Source: an uncultured Verrucomicrobiae bacterium
GTDB taxonomy: Bacteria > Verrucomicrobiota > Verrucomicrobiia > Chthoniobacterales > JAFAMB01
Assembly: GCA_963837955.1 (NCBI GenBank)
Contig: CAWIPH010000001.1
Location: 480,001 to 544,000 of the forward strand
Reading direction: 5' to 3'
DNA length: 64,000 nucleotides
Below the pieces are notes generated by a model that was not told the DNA's origin, did no database searches, and saw only the letters and a program-made list of their open reading frames with translations. The position numbers and the translations under genes were made by a program. Positions within the stretch are counted from its first letter, which is position 1, and the number at the start of each line of letters is the position of its first letter. Shown piece by piece: positions 51,264 to 60,928 of the stretch.

Positions 51264-52028
51264 ATGAACACCGAACAATCAAACATCGTCACGGATTTGC
51301 TGACCCTCTCGCACGAATTTGGGCATCGCGGGTTAGTGATTCTCGGTGAAGGGAATACGTCAGCACGATTGAACGATGCCACCTTCCTGGTGAAGGCCAG
51401 CGGAAGCAGCCTGGGGACGTTAACCGAGGACCAACTGACGGAGTGCCATTTTAATCAGCTGCTCTCCTTTCTCGATAGCGATTCCGTTTCTGATGCCGAT
51501 GCCGAAGTCGAAACAGCACTCCTCGAGAGTCGAGTTGATCCTTCGGCTTTGAAGCCGTCCGTAGAGACCTTTTTCCACGCGCTTCTCCTCTCTTTGCCAG
51601 GCGTTGATTTTGTCGGTCATACGCATCCTATCGCGGTGAACCAGATTCTTTGCTCATCCCATGCCAGAGCGTTTACCCGTTGGCGACAATGCCCGGACGA
51701 AGTGGTCTGCTGCGGACCGATCTCACTATTGATTCCGTACGTGGATCCAGGTTTGGCGTTAGCCAGAAAAATCCGCGATGAACTGAGAGGGTTCCGCGAA
51801 CGGAACGGCAAACTCCCGCGAGTCATTCTCTTGCAAAACCATGGCGTCATCACTTTAGGAGCGAATGTTCATGCGGTGCGCGCCGCGATGTTGATGACAG
51901 TCAAGGCGGCCGAAATTTATCTAGGCGCTCAAGTATTAGGTGGAATCATTCATCTCCCCGACGCGGAAGTGGATCGGATTGAAAGTCGTCAAGACGAGGA
52001 GTACCGGCGCAAGATGTTACGGATTTGA
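51264..52028 (+). CDS. Class II aldolase/adducin family protein
   Basis: GEGNTSAR, VKASG, PSVETFFH, HTHP, LQNHG. Confidence 0.9.
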   Translation: MNTEQSNIVTDLLTLSHEFGHRGLVILGEGNTSARLNDATFLVKASGSSLGTLTEDQLTECHFNQLLSFLDSDSVSDADAEVETALLESRVDPSALKPSVETFFHALLLSLPGVDFVGHTHPIAVNQILCSSHARAFTRWRQCPDEVVCCGPISLLIPYVDPGLALARKIRDELRGFRERNGKLPRVILLQNHGVITLGANVHAVRAAMLMTVKAAEIYLGAQVLGGIIHLPDAEVDRIESRQDEEYRRKMLRI

Positions 52029-52085
52029 AATGGTAGAGGCTACTGCCACTACGGATGTTGACGACCGAATTGCAGCGCGACGCTA

Positions 52086-52216
52086 CCATGGGCGTCAACA
52101 TGAGGTGGACGTCTGGTTCTCTGCCCCGGAGGGGAGGGCGCACGTCCTCGTGCGCCGCGGATCGCGAGGACGCGATCCCTCCCGCCCGGGGTTTTAACCC
52201 CGGTTTTAACCCCGGG
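52086..52216. repeat. Host repeat containing the 52-bp REP doublet (52132-52183), with duplicated GGTTTTAACCC tail
   Basis: CATGGGCGTCAACATGAGG...CTGCCCCGGAG + doublet + two copies of GGTTTTAACCCC. Confidence 0.9.
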
Positions 52217-52262
52217 AGGCCCGGTAACGGGAGCAAGAGCCGCTCATTGTGATTGTGGCAGA

Positions 52263-53249
52263 TCAGGAGCTGCTACTCTGTGCCAAAAAAGACTCGACCT
52301 CTTCTCGGCTGGGGTTCGCTTCGGCCGCGCCATACCGAGTCGCTACGATAGCGGCCGCCGCGTTGGCGAATCGAGCGATCGGTTCGAGTTGGGCGGGAGT
52401 TAAGCCGGCGATTTCTTTCGGTGTTCGGCCGGCTAGCTTTGCCAGCATAGCAGCCATGAAGCTATCTCCGCATCCAGTGGTTTCTACCACTTTCACCGAA
52501 AAGCCGGGAACGGTGACCAGACGTTCGCTGTCCCGATAAATCTCGGCTCCCTGACTTCCTAGTGTAATGATGACCAGGGCACCAGCGGAGACTCGGAGCG
52601 CCCGAACCGCCCGACCGGTTTCGTTTATGCCGGTAAGGTAGGAAAGCTCTTCGTCACTCAATTTCAAGACGTTGACCTTTTCAGCCAGGCGCCGGATCCG
52701 GTTCAGATATGTTTCCTCGTCCGCAATCAACGATTTTCGAATGGTTGGATCCAGCGAGACCGGGACACCCAACTCCATAAAACGGTCGACAATGGAGCTA
52801 TAGGCCGAGGCGGTCGGCTCCTCCGCTAGCACGATTCCGCCGCAGTGGTACAAAGAGAATTTTCGGGGATCGAACGGCTTAAGTTCTGCGGTCTGCAGGG
52901 AGACGTCCGCAGCGTGGTCGCGATAAAAACGAAAATCGACTTTACCGGCACCGTCCACGGCCACGAAGGCTAGAGTTGTCTTGGTTCCGGGCTCACGAAC
53001 GACTAAGTCAACTTCGATCTGCTCGTTTCTCAGAAATTGAACGAGCGCTTCCCCGAATTGGTCGTCTCCAAATTTTCCGACAAATGCGACCGGAGTACCT
53101 AGTCGCCGCACTCCGACTGCGATGTTGAACGGTGAACCGCCAGCTCGCTTCTCGAAAGTCTTGGTGCCGCCTAGCCCCAGGCCGGGATCCGCGGAAATCA
53201 GATCGTAGAGAGCCTCGCCGCCGACCAAAACAGGAGATACGTTATGCAT
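52263..53249 (-). CDS. PfkB family carbohydrate kinase (fructokinase-like)
   Basis: GGEALYD, GGSPFNIA, LDPTIR, LKLSDEE, ETTGCGDSF. Confidence 0.93.
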   Translation of the reverse strand: MHNVSPVLVGGEALYDLISADPGLGLGGTKTFEKRAGGSPFNIAVGVRRLGTPVAFVGKFGDDQFGEALVQFLRNEQIEVDLVVREPGTKTTLAFVAVDGAGKVDFRFYRDHAADVSLQTAELKPFDPRKFSLYHCGGIVLAEEPTASAYSSIVDRFMELGVPVSLDPTIRKSLIADEETYLNRIRRLAEKVNVLKLSDEELSYLTGINETGRAVRALRVSAGALVIITLGSQGAEIYRDSERLVTVPGFSVKVVETTGCGDSFMAAMLAKLAGRTPKEIAGLTPAQLEPIARFANAAAAIVATRYGAAEANPSREEVESFLAQSSSS

Positions 53250-53332
53250 AGGAACGGGACTCAAAGATGTACTGGCTCGAAGGCGTTGGGAAGGCGAAAG
53301 TATAACGGACAATACTCGAAAGGACGCTAAAG

Positions 53333-53797
53333 ATGTTAATGAGACTGTTGCTCTGCTTGGGTTGTATTTTCGTTGCTTCGGGGATGGCTGAGACGATCGA
53401 TCAACGCAATTTTTCCATCGACACCTTCTATCCGAGTCGGAACGAAATCCAGGTTGCTGAAAAGCATGTCCGGAATTATTGGGCAAAAAACAAAACGAGG
53501 TACGAAGCCAACACCCGTTACCTGGCAGTCGAGGCAGCTGCGGTTTTTCCCGCCGAGGTTGCCGACTGTTTATGGTTGAAGCTCATTAACTCAGAAACCG
53601 CGAACAGTTTCTTTGGTCACGGTGACAGGTTTACCTACTCCAACCTCGACCTGACCGGCATTCTGATTTACGACACGCTGAATGACCGATTCGTTAGCAG
53701 GCTAGGATTCGTGTCTGTCGATCTACCGCGGAGAAACCACTTGGCCCGATGGGGCAACTATATCGCCCGATATATCGGAACCGGGCGGTGGTGCTGA
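53333..53797 (+). CDS. Secreted hypothetical protein
   Basis: Signal peptide; similar to 27370..27840. Confidence 0.6.
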   Translation: MLMRLLLCLGCIFVASGMAETIDQRNFSIDTFYPSRNEIQVAEKHVRNYWAKNKTRYEANTRYLAVEAAAVFPAEVADCLWLKLINSETANSFFGHGDRFTYSNLDLTGILIYDTLNDRFVSRLGFVSVDLPRRNHLARWGNYIARYIGTGRWC

Positions 53798-53800
53798 GTA

Positions 53801-54419
53801 AATAGCCGATAGCCGATAGCAAATAGCCGATCGCGGGACTCTATTGGCTTGCCCTGGTAAAGTCCCGGAACGCCTCTTTCTTAAACCTTTGTGCTTCGGG
53901 CTGGCGAGTGTCCTGGACGCCTTCTTTGGCCCTGTGTCGTTTTCCTTTAACGGGCGACTTCTCAATTGAACTTATCCAAGCCGTGATCTGCGGGCGCAGG
54001 ATTCCCCCATGTGCCGAATGACGAGCAATTGATCCCTAAAATCCACTAGATTGGGACGGTCCCGAACTACACCCATCATTGAACGGACTTTGCCTGCTGA
54101 GGCGCGGGCTATTGCCAAGAACCCAATTAGTTCTTTGGTAGACATCCATTCAAATCCCTCCGCGACGTTGTTGGAAATCGATAGGGCCGCTCGATCCAAT
54201 TGGTTACGAAATCCCCAAGTGAACGGAGAGTCCGGTTCCTCCAGCAGATCCAGGACGGCGTTGTACAATCGAGCCGCTTCTTGCCAAACCGGCAGTTCTT
54301 CAAATCGTGTATATTTAGATATACGAACATTCTTATAGAATGTTATAATCAATTGTTGCAACTGAAAATTCAGCGTTTGCCACTGCTGTTCGGCTATTTG
54401 CTATCGGCTATCGGCTATT
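53801..54419. mobile_element. Putative cassette bounded by perfect 30-bp inverted repeats
   Basis: AATAGCCGATAGCCGATAGCAAATAGCCGA (53801-53830) and its exact reverse complement (54390-54419). Confidence 0.6.
53841..54322 (-). pseudogene. Four-helix-bundle protein (23S rRNA IVP / bAvd-like), frameshifted
   Basis: RFEELPVWQEA...RNQLDRAALSISNNVAEGFE...FLAIARASAG; ATA at the expected start; a frame change near 53990 continues as QITAWISSIEKSPVKGKRH. Confidence 0.75.
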
Positions 54420-54421
54420 CC

Positions 54422-55183
54422 TCAGGAGGCAACGTATGCGCGACGACTCGAGTAAAGTTGAAGGCGACTCTTCATTCCGGGCAGCTGGATCGCCCGATCT
54501 TTTGGACCCAGAGCGTCAATGGCTCTTTGCTGGAATTTGACCGCTTGCGAGAAATCGCCGGCAGCCGCATACGCTGCGGCCAGGGTATCAATTGAAAAGG
54601 CGTTGCTCCAATTGGTCAAGGTGCACGATTTTTGGGCGAACATCACCGCCCGTCTTCCATTTCGCAGACGTCCATTTGGAGAGGTTGCTAACAGCCAGGC
54701 AAGATCATTCAATGTAGTTGGATCACTTGGCTGGAGACGATTTGCCGCCTCCAGCGAGCGCTTGGCGTCATCATAACGACCAATGTCAAGGCAAGTGCGC
54801 GACTTGCTTGCGTACATTTGTGCCAGCAACTCAGACGAAACTCTGGCCTTTTTCGCTAAATCGATGCTTATATCGATCTGCTGTACGGCATCATTCTGCC
54901 GCCTGACCAAGATCAAAACAGCCGCCTTCAAAAAATAGGCGCGCCAGTTTCGAGGGTTTGCCGCGATCACCGAATCGATTTGGGCTAAAGCTTCAGAAGA
55001 TTTCCCCGACTCAGCCAATTTAAAAGCCTCATCGAGCTGCGCCTGACCGATAGTCATCCGCTGCTGCCAGATTGACCCCCATCCCTTCGCCTCCTGGGCG
55101 GGCAGGATTGGCACCGCTCCAAGGTAAAGGGCGATTACCAGAAAAAGGAACAATACAAATTTAGCGGATCGTGGTTTCTTCAT
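54422..55183 (-). CDS. Secreted TPR protein
   Basis: Signal peptide; TPRs; LNDLAWLLATSP...DTLAAAYAAAGDF. Confidence 0.85.
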   Translation of the reverse strand: MKKPRSAKFVLFLFLVIALYLGAVPILPAQEAKGWGSIWQQRMTIGQAQLDEAFKLAESGKSSEALAQIDSVIAANPRNWRAYFLKAAVLILVRRQNDAVQQIDISIDLAKKARVSSELLAQMYASKSRTCLDIGRYDDAKRSLEAANRLQPSDPTTLNDLAWLLATSPNGRLRNGRRAVMFAQKSCTLTNWSNAFSIDTLAAAYAAAGDFSQAVKFQQRAIDALGPKDRAIQLPGMKSRLQLYSSRRAYVAS

Positions 55184-55199
55184 TACATCGAAACTGAAC

Positions 55200-56138
55200 A
55201 TGCAGCGATTCTGTGATTTTAAGCGTAAGGCCCTTTACTGGGCAACCTCCTTGCTGGGATTAACTTTGGTCTGCGGTCAAGCAAGCGAAGTTCCTACTGG
55301 GGTTTCTCTAAGCCGAACTACCGGTAATCATCTATTTGTTCCGGTCCGCATCAATCATCGTGCCGCTTGGTTCGCGGTGGATACCGGCGCTGCGTTAACC
55401 ATCGTGGATGCTAATAAGGCCAATGCTTTTGGTGTATCCAGTCAGGGTAAAGTCGTCCAACTGCCAAGGCAAATCGAGGTAAATGACCGAGTGGTGCCAG
55501 TGGCCAACGTTGCGAACCTCCAGCTTGGCAACGAAGATCTGGGGGCGGGCCCGGTCGCGCTGATCGATCTTCGCGCTTTCGCGGCGCGGTTCCGCGAGTC
55601 GGGAAATAAGGTCCCAATGGACGGGATTCTTGGGCTCGACATTTTGGAACGGTATCGCGCAGTCATCGATTGCGCACAACGCCGAATATATCTGCAGAGC
55701 GCAAGTGCAAACTCCGGTGACTTGCTCCGGCGGCTAACTGCTAATCGATTACATCGGGTTCCGATGCGGATCACCAGCTCTGGCGCGTTGGAAGTCGAAG
55801 GGCGCATTGGGAATCGCCACTACAGTTTTGTCGTGGATACCGGCGGATTTGCCACCCTGATTCCGAGAAACGTGGCGGCTGAGAGCGGAATTACTTTGGT
55901 AGCTACAACCGCAAACGCGAAAGGAATTCACTCCAAAGAGCGACCAGTTTCGGTCGCCATTGCTCCCGAGCTGGATATCGGCAAGTACAACCTTGGGTCG
56001 GTCGTCGTGGGCGTAACAGTGTTGCCAGAGGGACCAGAGGATCTGACCTATCCCTTCGGTGGATTGCTCGGTGCCGACTTTTTCTTCGAACGGAATGGCG
56101 TGATCGACGTTGGGAATCGAAATCTCTATTTCCGATGA
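55200..56138 (+). CDS. Two-domain retropepsin-like aspartyl protease
   Basis: FAVDTGA...DGILGLD and FVVDTGG...GLLGAD. Confidence 0.9.
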   Translation: MQRFCDFKRKALYWATSLLGLTLVCGQASEVPTGVSLSRTTGNHLFVPVRINHRAAWFAVDTGAALTIVDANKANAFGVSSQGKVVQLPRQIEVNDRVVPVANVANLQLGNEDLGAGPVALIDLRAFAARFRESGNKVPMDGILGLDILERYRAVIDCAQRRIYLQSASANSGDLLRRLTANRLHRVPMRITSSGALEVEGRIGNRHYSFVVDTGGFATLIPRNVAAESGITLVATTANAKGIHSKERPVSVAIAPELDIGKYNLGSVVVGVTVLPEGPEDLTYPFGGLLGADFFFERNGVIDVGNRNLYFR

Positions 56139-56295
56139 AGAACCGCGAATGGTCTTCTTTCGTTCCGCCTCCGCTTCGCGATTGGCGCGACTAATTAGAA
56201 CTGCGGACGCGCCGCTCGAAGGCGAAGGTGGTCTAGGAGCTAGGCGGGACAGGCTGGTAAGGGACGAGAATGAATCTGAATGCAGAGTAGAAAGC

Positions 56296-56324
56296 AAAAA
56301 ACCCGCAGCCAAAAAGCCGCGGGT
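56296..56324 (-). terminator. Rho-independent terminator
   Basis: Minus strand ACCCGCGGC-loop-GCTGCGGGT followed by a T-tract, downstream of 56373..56549. Confidence 0.7.
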
Positions 56325-56372
56325 CTTTGATTTTTTTCCCAGTGATCTCGTAAAGACCCTGCAGAAGGACAA

Positions 56373-56549
56373 TTAAGCCTTCGGAGAAGCAGAGGCCTTC
56401 GGAGTAGCAGAAGGCTTGGTAGCTGGAGCCTTGGTGTGATGATGGTGCTTCTTAGGAGCGCTAGCCGAAGGAGACGGCGAAGGGCTAGCGGCTTGAGCAA
56501 CAACGCCTAAACCAAAAACGGTGGTCAGCAAGAGGATGATTTTGTTCAT
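56373..56549 (-). CDS. Small secreted basic low-complexity protein (58 aa; not in ORF track)
   Basis: MNKIILLLTTVFGLGVVAQA-ASPSPSPSASAPKKHHHHTKAPATKPSATPKASASPKA; has its own terminator. Confidence 0.8.
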   Translation of the reverse strand: MNKIILLLTTVFGLGVVAQAASPSPSPSASAPKKHHHHTKAPATKPSATPKASASPKA

Positions 56550-56883
56550 AAGAATGAAGTTAAGAGCTATTAGGGATTATCGGATATTAGGTTCTTGGCT
56601 TCGGTTCTTCCGGTCACGTACTGTCGTGACCTTCTTCCCGAAGCGCTCAATCGGCTCTCGCCAGGAAACCAAATTCAGGCGTAGCCAATCGAAGCAAGGT
56701 TTTTCGTTTCCGTCGTCGATCTCTTGGGAGGTACCCAGTTGGACTCTCTTCCCGAGAAAAAGTCTGACTTCTACGTCAAACATCAACTGCGAAACCCGGC
56801 AAAGGAGCGGAAGTTTCAAAAAATCACGAATGTTTTAGCCTCTTGCGCACGGAAATTGTCTCTGGTACGTGGAGTTTTCGCCT

Positions 56884-57972
56884 ATGGCCGGCCTAAGTCT
56901 AAAGAACATCGTCAAACGCTTCGGTAAAATCGAGGTCATCCATAGTGTCAGCCTAGACATTGATGACGGCGAATTTGTGGTTTTCGTGGGACCTTCGGGA
57001 TGCGGAAAATCAACTCTTTTGCGGATCATTGCCGGATTGGAAGAGGTCACCGAGGGCGAAGTCTGGATTGGCGGCGAAAATGTGAATGGCGTCGAGCCGG
57101 CTAAGCGAGGGGTCGCGATGGTATTTCAATCGTACGCGCTTTATCCGCACATGTCGGTTGAGGAGAATATGGGGTTTGGGCTTCGAATGGCTGGGCGCCC
57201 AAAACAGGAAATCCGGGAACGAGTAAATCGAGCGGCGGAAATTCTTCGCCTCACTTCCTATCTTAAACGGCGTCCCAAAGAGTTGTCGGGCGGTCAACGA
57301 CAGCGGGTGGCAATTGGACGAGCCATCGTACGGGAGCCGGAGGTTTTTCTTTTTGACGAACCACTTTCCAATCTGGACGCCGAATTGCGGGTACAAATGA
57401 GGATCGAGATCTCGAAATTGCACAGCAGCCTCCAAACCACCATGGTCTATGTCACCCATGACCAAGTCGAGGCGATGACGTTGGCCGAAAAGATTGTCCT
57501 CATCAATGATGGAAAGATCGAGCAGATTGGGGGACCGATGGATCTTTACCAGTCGCCCGCCAATTTATTTGTCGCTGGGTTTATCGGCTCGCCGAAAATG
57601 AACTTCTTAAAGGTAAAGGTTGTCGGCTCGGAGCGACGAGGCGTGACAATCGAGAGTCCAGATTTTTTTGCCGAGCCCGTGGTGATTCCGACGCAGGACG
57701 ATCACGCGGTATCTCTAGGAACGGAATTGACCCTCGGCGTTCGGCCAGAGCACATCAGGGTGGTCCCAAAGCCGGAGGCGAACGGACTTTTGACTATCGA
57801 GGTGGTCGAGAGCCTAGGCGACTCCACTCTTGTCCACGGACTCACCTCCGGAAACAATCGTCTCTCGATTGCTCTTCGCGGGTTCAACGATCTACGCCAC
57901 ACCGATTCGGTTGGCTTCTGCTTTGCTCCGAAAGATGCGCATCTTTTTGATCCTTCGGGTACAGCGTTGTAA
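56884..57972 (+). CDS. Sugar ABC transporter ATP-binding protein (MalK/UgpC)
   Basis: [36 protein letters not shown]. Confidence 0.95.
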   Translation: MAGLSLKNIVKRFGKIEVIHSVSLDIDDGEFVVFVGPSGCGKSTLLRIIAGLEEVTEGEVWIGGENVNGVEPAKRGVAMVFQSYALYPHMSVEENMGFGLRMAGRPKQEIRERVNRAAEILRLTSYLKRRPKELSGGQRQRVAIGRAIVREPEVFLFDEPLSNLDAELRVQMRIEISKLHSSLQTTMVYVTHDQVEAMTLAEKIVLINDGKIEQIGGPMDLYQSPANLFVAGFIGSPKMNFLKVKVVGSERRGVTIESPDFFAEPVVIPTQDDHAVSLGTELTLGVRPEHIRVVPKPEANGLLTIEVVESLGDSTLVHGLTSGNNRLSIALRGFNDLRHTDSVGFCFAPKDAHLFDPSGTAL

Positions 57973-58040
57973 CAGCGCTGGCTGTGGCCACATTTTTCCA
58001 GACCAGGTCGGTTTTCCTGAAGCTCTGGCAATCCCTCTGC

Positions 58041-59642
58041 CTAGGGTTGCAATAGACCAAAGGCCGCGATCGAGCTAGATGTGCCGACGTACACCTTTCC
58101 GTTGCATACCGTCGGGGCCACAAATTTGATCGCGCCGCCAATATTCACGTTGAAGCTGCTGTAGAGCTCAATTTTCAAATTGGTTGCGTCATATGCATGT
58201 AACACCGCCCGAGAAAAATGGCTTGCACACGCCCAGACAATCCCGTTGCTGTTCCCGTCGGAGGAGATCGTCGCTTTCGTGCCCGGGTAGCCGAAGTGCG
58301 TTGCCGTCGTCGACGCGGGTCTGGAATTCAGTTTGGCCTGCGAATTGAATTGAAACTGTCTGAGCGCATGATCCCGGCTTCCACAATAGATAGAGCCGTT
58401 AAAATAAGCGGCTGATGAGAAAGTACCGGTAGGGAGGTCTCCGGCCAGCTCTTGATAGATCTGGCTGTTGTTTTGGCCGTTCGGGTTGAAATGCCCGAGG
58501 TTGTCTCGATCTAGCAGATAAACATTGGAGTCCTTGCCCGCTGAAAACAGGAGGTGATGGACAGTATGGTTAGAGTCCACGATATCCGGCAGAACTACGG
58601 GCCCGCCGGAACCGAGATCGACGTCGGCGCTTGCTTCCGCAAATTCATTGAACGGGGTAAAATAGTCAGCGATTGAAAGACTCGGAGAGGAGAGCTTGAG
58701 GACGCTGTCTCCAAAGTCGTTGTTCGTCGGGAAACCGTTTGTCAGGTTCGTGTCAAAAGGTCCATTGCCCGTAGCGACATAGATGGTGCCATCCAAATCT
58801 GCCGCGGGTCCGTTTCCATCCTGCCAAATACCGTTCCCGGACCCATCTGGAAGGTGCCTGCTAGGCGGTGACCCATTCGGATTCGTATTAAGGACCGACG
58901 CCTGCGACAAATCGCTCTCGTTATAAGCGATGATCCATCCGGAGTAAGGAGCGTTGTCGCAATAGCTCCCCCAAGCCGTATAAATAATGCCGTGGAGCAG
59001 AAGTAAGCCCGGTCTTCCGCGTTGTTTAGTTGCCACGAAGCTGGTCGCCGGACCAGTCCCATTCACCGGCAAAGGCGATATAACTATTGGAGGTCGCAAG
59101 TCTTGCCCGGAAGATAGATCCACCGCATGAAGCCTGTTGTAGTAGTTGGCTCCGTTCGTACTCAGGGCGACGACGAAGAGGGTGCCGTTCGGTCCGGCTT
59201 GGCGGTCGATCACGGGAGTGGCGGTGATGCCGAGTTCCGGCCGAATGTCGCCGCAGCTAATATTTGGGTCATTTGATTGGACCGGAGATTCCCCGGCCGG
59301 AAGCAGAGAAGTTTTCCAGTACTGCGTACCCGTGTCAGCGTCGAAGGCATAGATCGAGCCATGTTCAGTGGCCACGATCACTACATTTGGTGTCGCAGAT
59401 TGACCCGAGATTGATTGTTTCGAGACGTAAAGCGGCTGAGCGTAAACCTGGCCATCCACCGGCTTGTTAAAGACGAGACCAAAGGATAAAGAGGTAACGT
59501 TTGTCGGGTTTAAGATCGTCTCAGTTGAGTTGAGTCCGGTCCGCGCATTGTCGCCGCGACTTGTGAGTATGTCAGTCGCCAGAGCGGCACAGTCTAAAGT
59601 AGCAGCGAGGAAAAGGCCGAAGATGCATCGGAAATCTTTCAC
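58041..59642 (-). CDS. Secreted PQQ-type beta-propeller protein (start uncertain)
   Basis: DNARTG.N..ET.L, VDGQVYAQPLY, GITATPVID, DLGSGG, GKVYVGT. Confidence 0.8.
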   Translation of the reverse strand: MKDFRCIFGLFLAATLDCAALATDILTSRGDNARTGLNSTETILNPTNVTSLSFGLVFNKPVDGQVYAQPLYVSKQSISGQSATPNVVIVATEHGSIYAFDADTGTQYWKTSLLPAGESPVQSNDPNISCGDIRPELGITATPVIDRQAGPNGTLFVVALSTNGANYYNRLHAVDLSSGQDLRPPIVISPLPVNGTGPATSFVATKQRGRPGLLLLHGIIYTAWGSYCDNAPYSGWIIAYNESDLSQASVLNTNPNGSPPSRHLPDGSGNGIWQDGNGPAADLDGTIYVATGNGPFDTNLTNGFPTNNDFGDSVLKLSSPSLSIADYFTPFNEFAEASADVDLGSGGPVVLPDIVDSNHTVHHLLFSAGKDSNVYLLDRDNLGHFNPNGQNNSQIYQELAGDLPTGTFSSAAYFNGSIYCGSRDHALRQFQFNSQAKLNSRPASTTATHFGYPGTKATISSDGNSNGIVWACASHFSRAVLHAYDATNLKIELYSSFNVNIGGAIKFVAPTVCNGKVYVGTSSSIAAFGLLQP

Positions 59643-59791
59643 TGCGACTACCAAGTTGCCAAGAGCCGGACTGGATCCCGCCAACTCACCATCACACCGA
59701 AACACGCCAAGATTTGCAAGCTGCGCTGCGCCGACCGACTCAATCAAAGTTATTGAAAACCTGGAACTTACGTGATTTTGCTGCTTTCTCA

Positions 59792-59877
59792 GCAACGGCC
59801 CCTAACCGAATCCAAAGTCGAGAATTCGGCACGTTGGGTGCCAGAGCGGTCGATTGGGCACGACCGGAAAGCGTGTG
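59792..59877 (+). pseudogene. Degenerate copy of the tRNA-Ser upstream region and 5' ~46 nt
   Basis: CCTAACCGAATCCAAA and TGGGTGCCAGAGCGGTCGATTGGGCACG..GGAAAGCGTGTG match 60898-60975; no T-arm or 3' end. Confidence 0.85.
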
Positions 59878-60001
59878 CACTTTCGGACAGCTACGCTCGC
59901 GATGGTTCGTGTGGTGCTGGCGTTTCCAGAAAATGGTTGATCGGAGCGCCGACTTAAGTTTTTCGCGCCTCGGAATTGAAACCGTTTCGGTTAGCCGGAC
60001 T

Positions 60002-60886
60002 TTAGGGGGAAAGTTGTTGGTTAGAATCTTTTTGAACCTCCGGGCGTTGGCGGTCGCTCTGTTCCGGGTAACTCGGTCTCTGTTCCTGAAAGGGTATCTC
60101 CAAGACTCGGGGAAGGGTTAGCTCCGACGAGTCGGAGTACGAGCGCACCCCGATAGTGATTGCCTGCTGGGGAATGTTGAGCCTAAGCGTTCCGTGCAAC
60201 CAGTCCCAAATCGTTAAGCCGCTCGACCAATTAGAATTCGCCTCCTCTTGGATAGTCGAATGATGGATCCCATGTAGGCGAGGGGTGACTACAAACCTGC
60301 TCAACCAGCGTTCGACTTGGATCGGCAATTCGAGATTGGAATGATGGAACATGATCTCAACTAACCCGGCCGTCTGCCAGATCGAGAGCGCGAGCGGCGA
60401 GACCCCGATCAGCCAAACTTGCGCCGCCCGCCAGGGTGCTGACAACGCCAGCTCTCCGAAATGGAATCGCAATGCGGTCGAAGCATCGAGATCAAGATCG
60501 ACGTGGTGGACCTGGTGAAATCGCCAGAGCAGCGGAACCTGGTGAGTTAGCACATGCCAAAGATAAAGCGTGTAATCAAGAAGCAGAGCGGCCATCGCCG
60601 TCTTTAGCCAACCCGGTAGGTCCAGCTGATTCAACAAACCCCAGCGGCGGCGCTCGACCAATCGTGCGAGAGGCATCACTAGCGGTGTCTCCACCACGCG
60701 GATCGCCAAAGCTCCGAAGCCGGCAACCCCTATGTTCCGCGCGTTGCGGCGTAGTTTCGATTCTAAGGACCGCCTTAAGGGCCGTCGCCACTCGGATAAA
60801 ACGAGAGCGATGAATGTACCGGCCACCAGCACTCCGTTGAACCAGACCGGCAACGATTGCAGGCGCGGCTGTTTCCCCGATTTCAT
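60002..60886 (-). CDS. Sterol desaturase / fatty acid hydroxylase family protein
   Basis: His boxes YLWHVLTH, WRFHQVHH, RFHFGE, FHHSN, HGIHH. Confidence 0.92.
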   Translation of the reverse strand: MKSGKQPRLQSLPVWFNGVLVAGTFIALVLSEWRRPLRRSLESKLRRNARNIGVAGFGALAIRVVETPLVMPLARLVERRRWGLLNQLDLPGWLKTAMAALLLDYTLYLWHVLTHQVPLLWRFHQVHHVDLDLDASTALRFHFGELALSAPWRAAQVWLIGVSPLALSIWQTAGLVEIMFHHSNLELPIQVERWLSRFVVTPRLHGIHHSTIQEEANSNWSSGLTIWDWLHGTLRLNIPQQAITIGVRSYSDSSELTLPRVLEIPFQEQRPSYPEQSDRQRPEVQKDSNQQLSP

Positions 60887-60915
60887 TTGCAACAGGCCCT
60901 AACCGAATCCAAAAT
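60887..60915 (+). promoter_or_regulatory. Putative tRNA promoter
   Basis: TTGCAA-N17-CAAAAT, 13 bp before the tRNA. Confidence 0.45.
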
Positions 60916-60928
60916 CCAGGCTTCTGCA

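Noticed and set aside
52055..52252. ORFs sharing the peptide GGRTSSCAADREDAIPP (also 8145, 32106, 36889)
   Set aside because: Translations of the non-coding REP doublet, not a protein family
53841..54322. Diversity-generating retroelement
   Set aside because: The gene is only bAvd-like; no reverse transcriptase or TR/VR pair is seen in the window
59832..59900. Second functional tRNA-Ser
   Set aside because: No T-arm, no 3' acceptor strand or CCA, and the anticodon stem/loop is mutated
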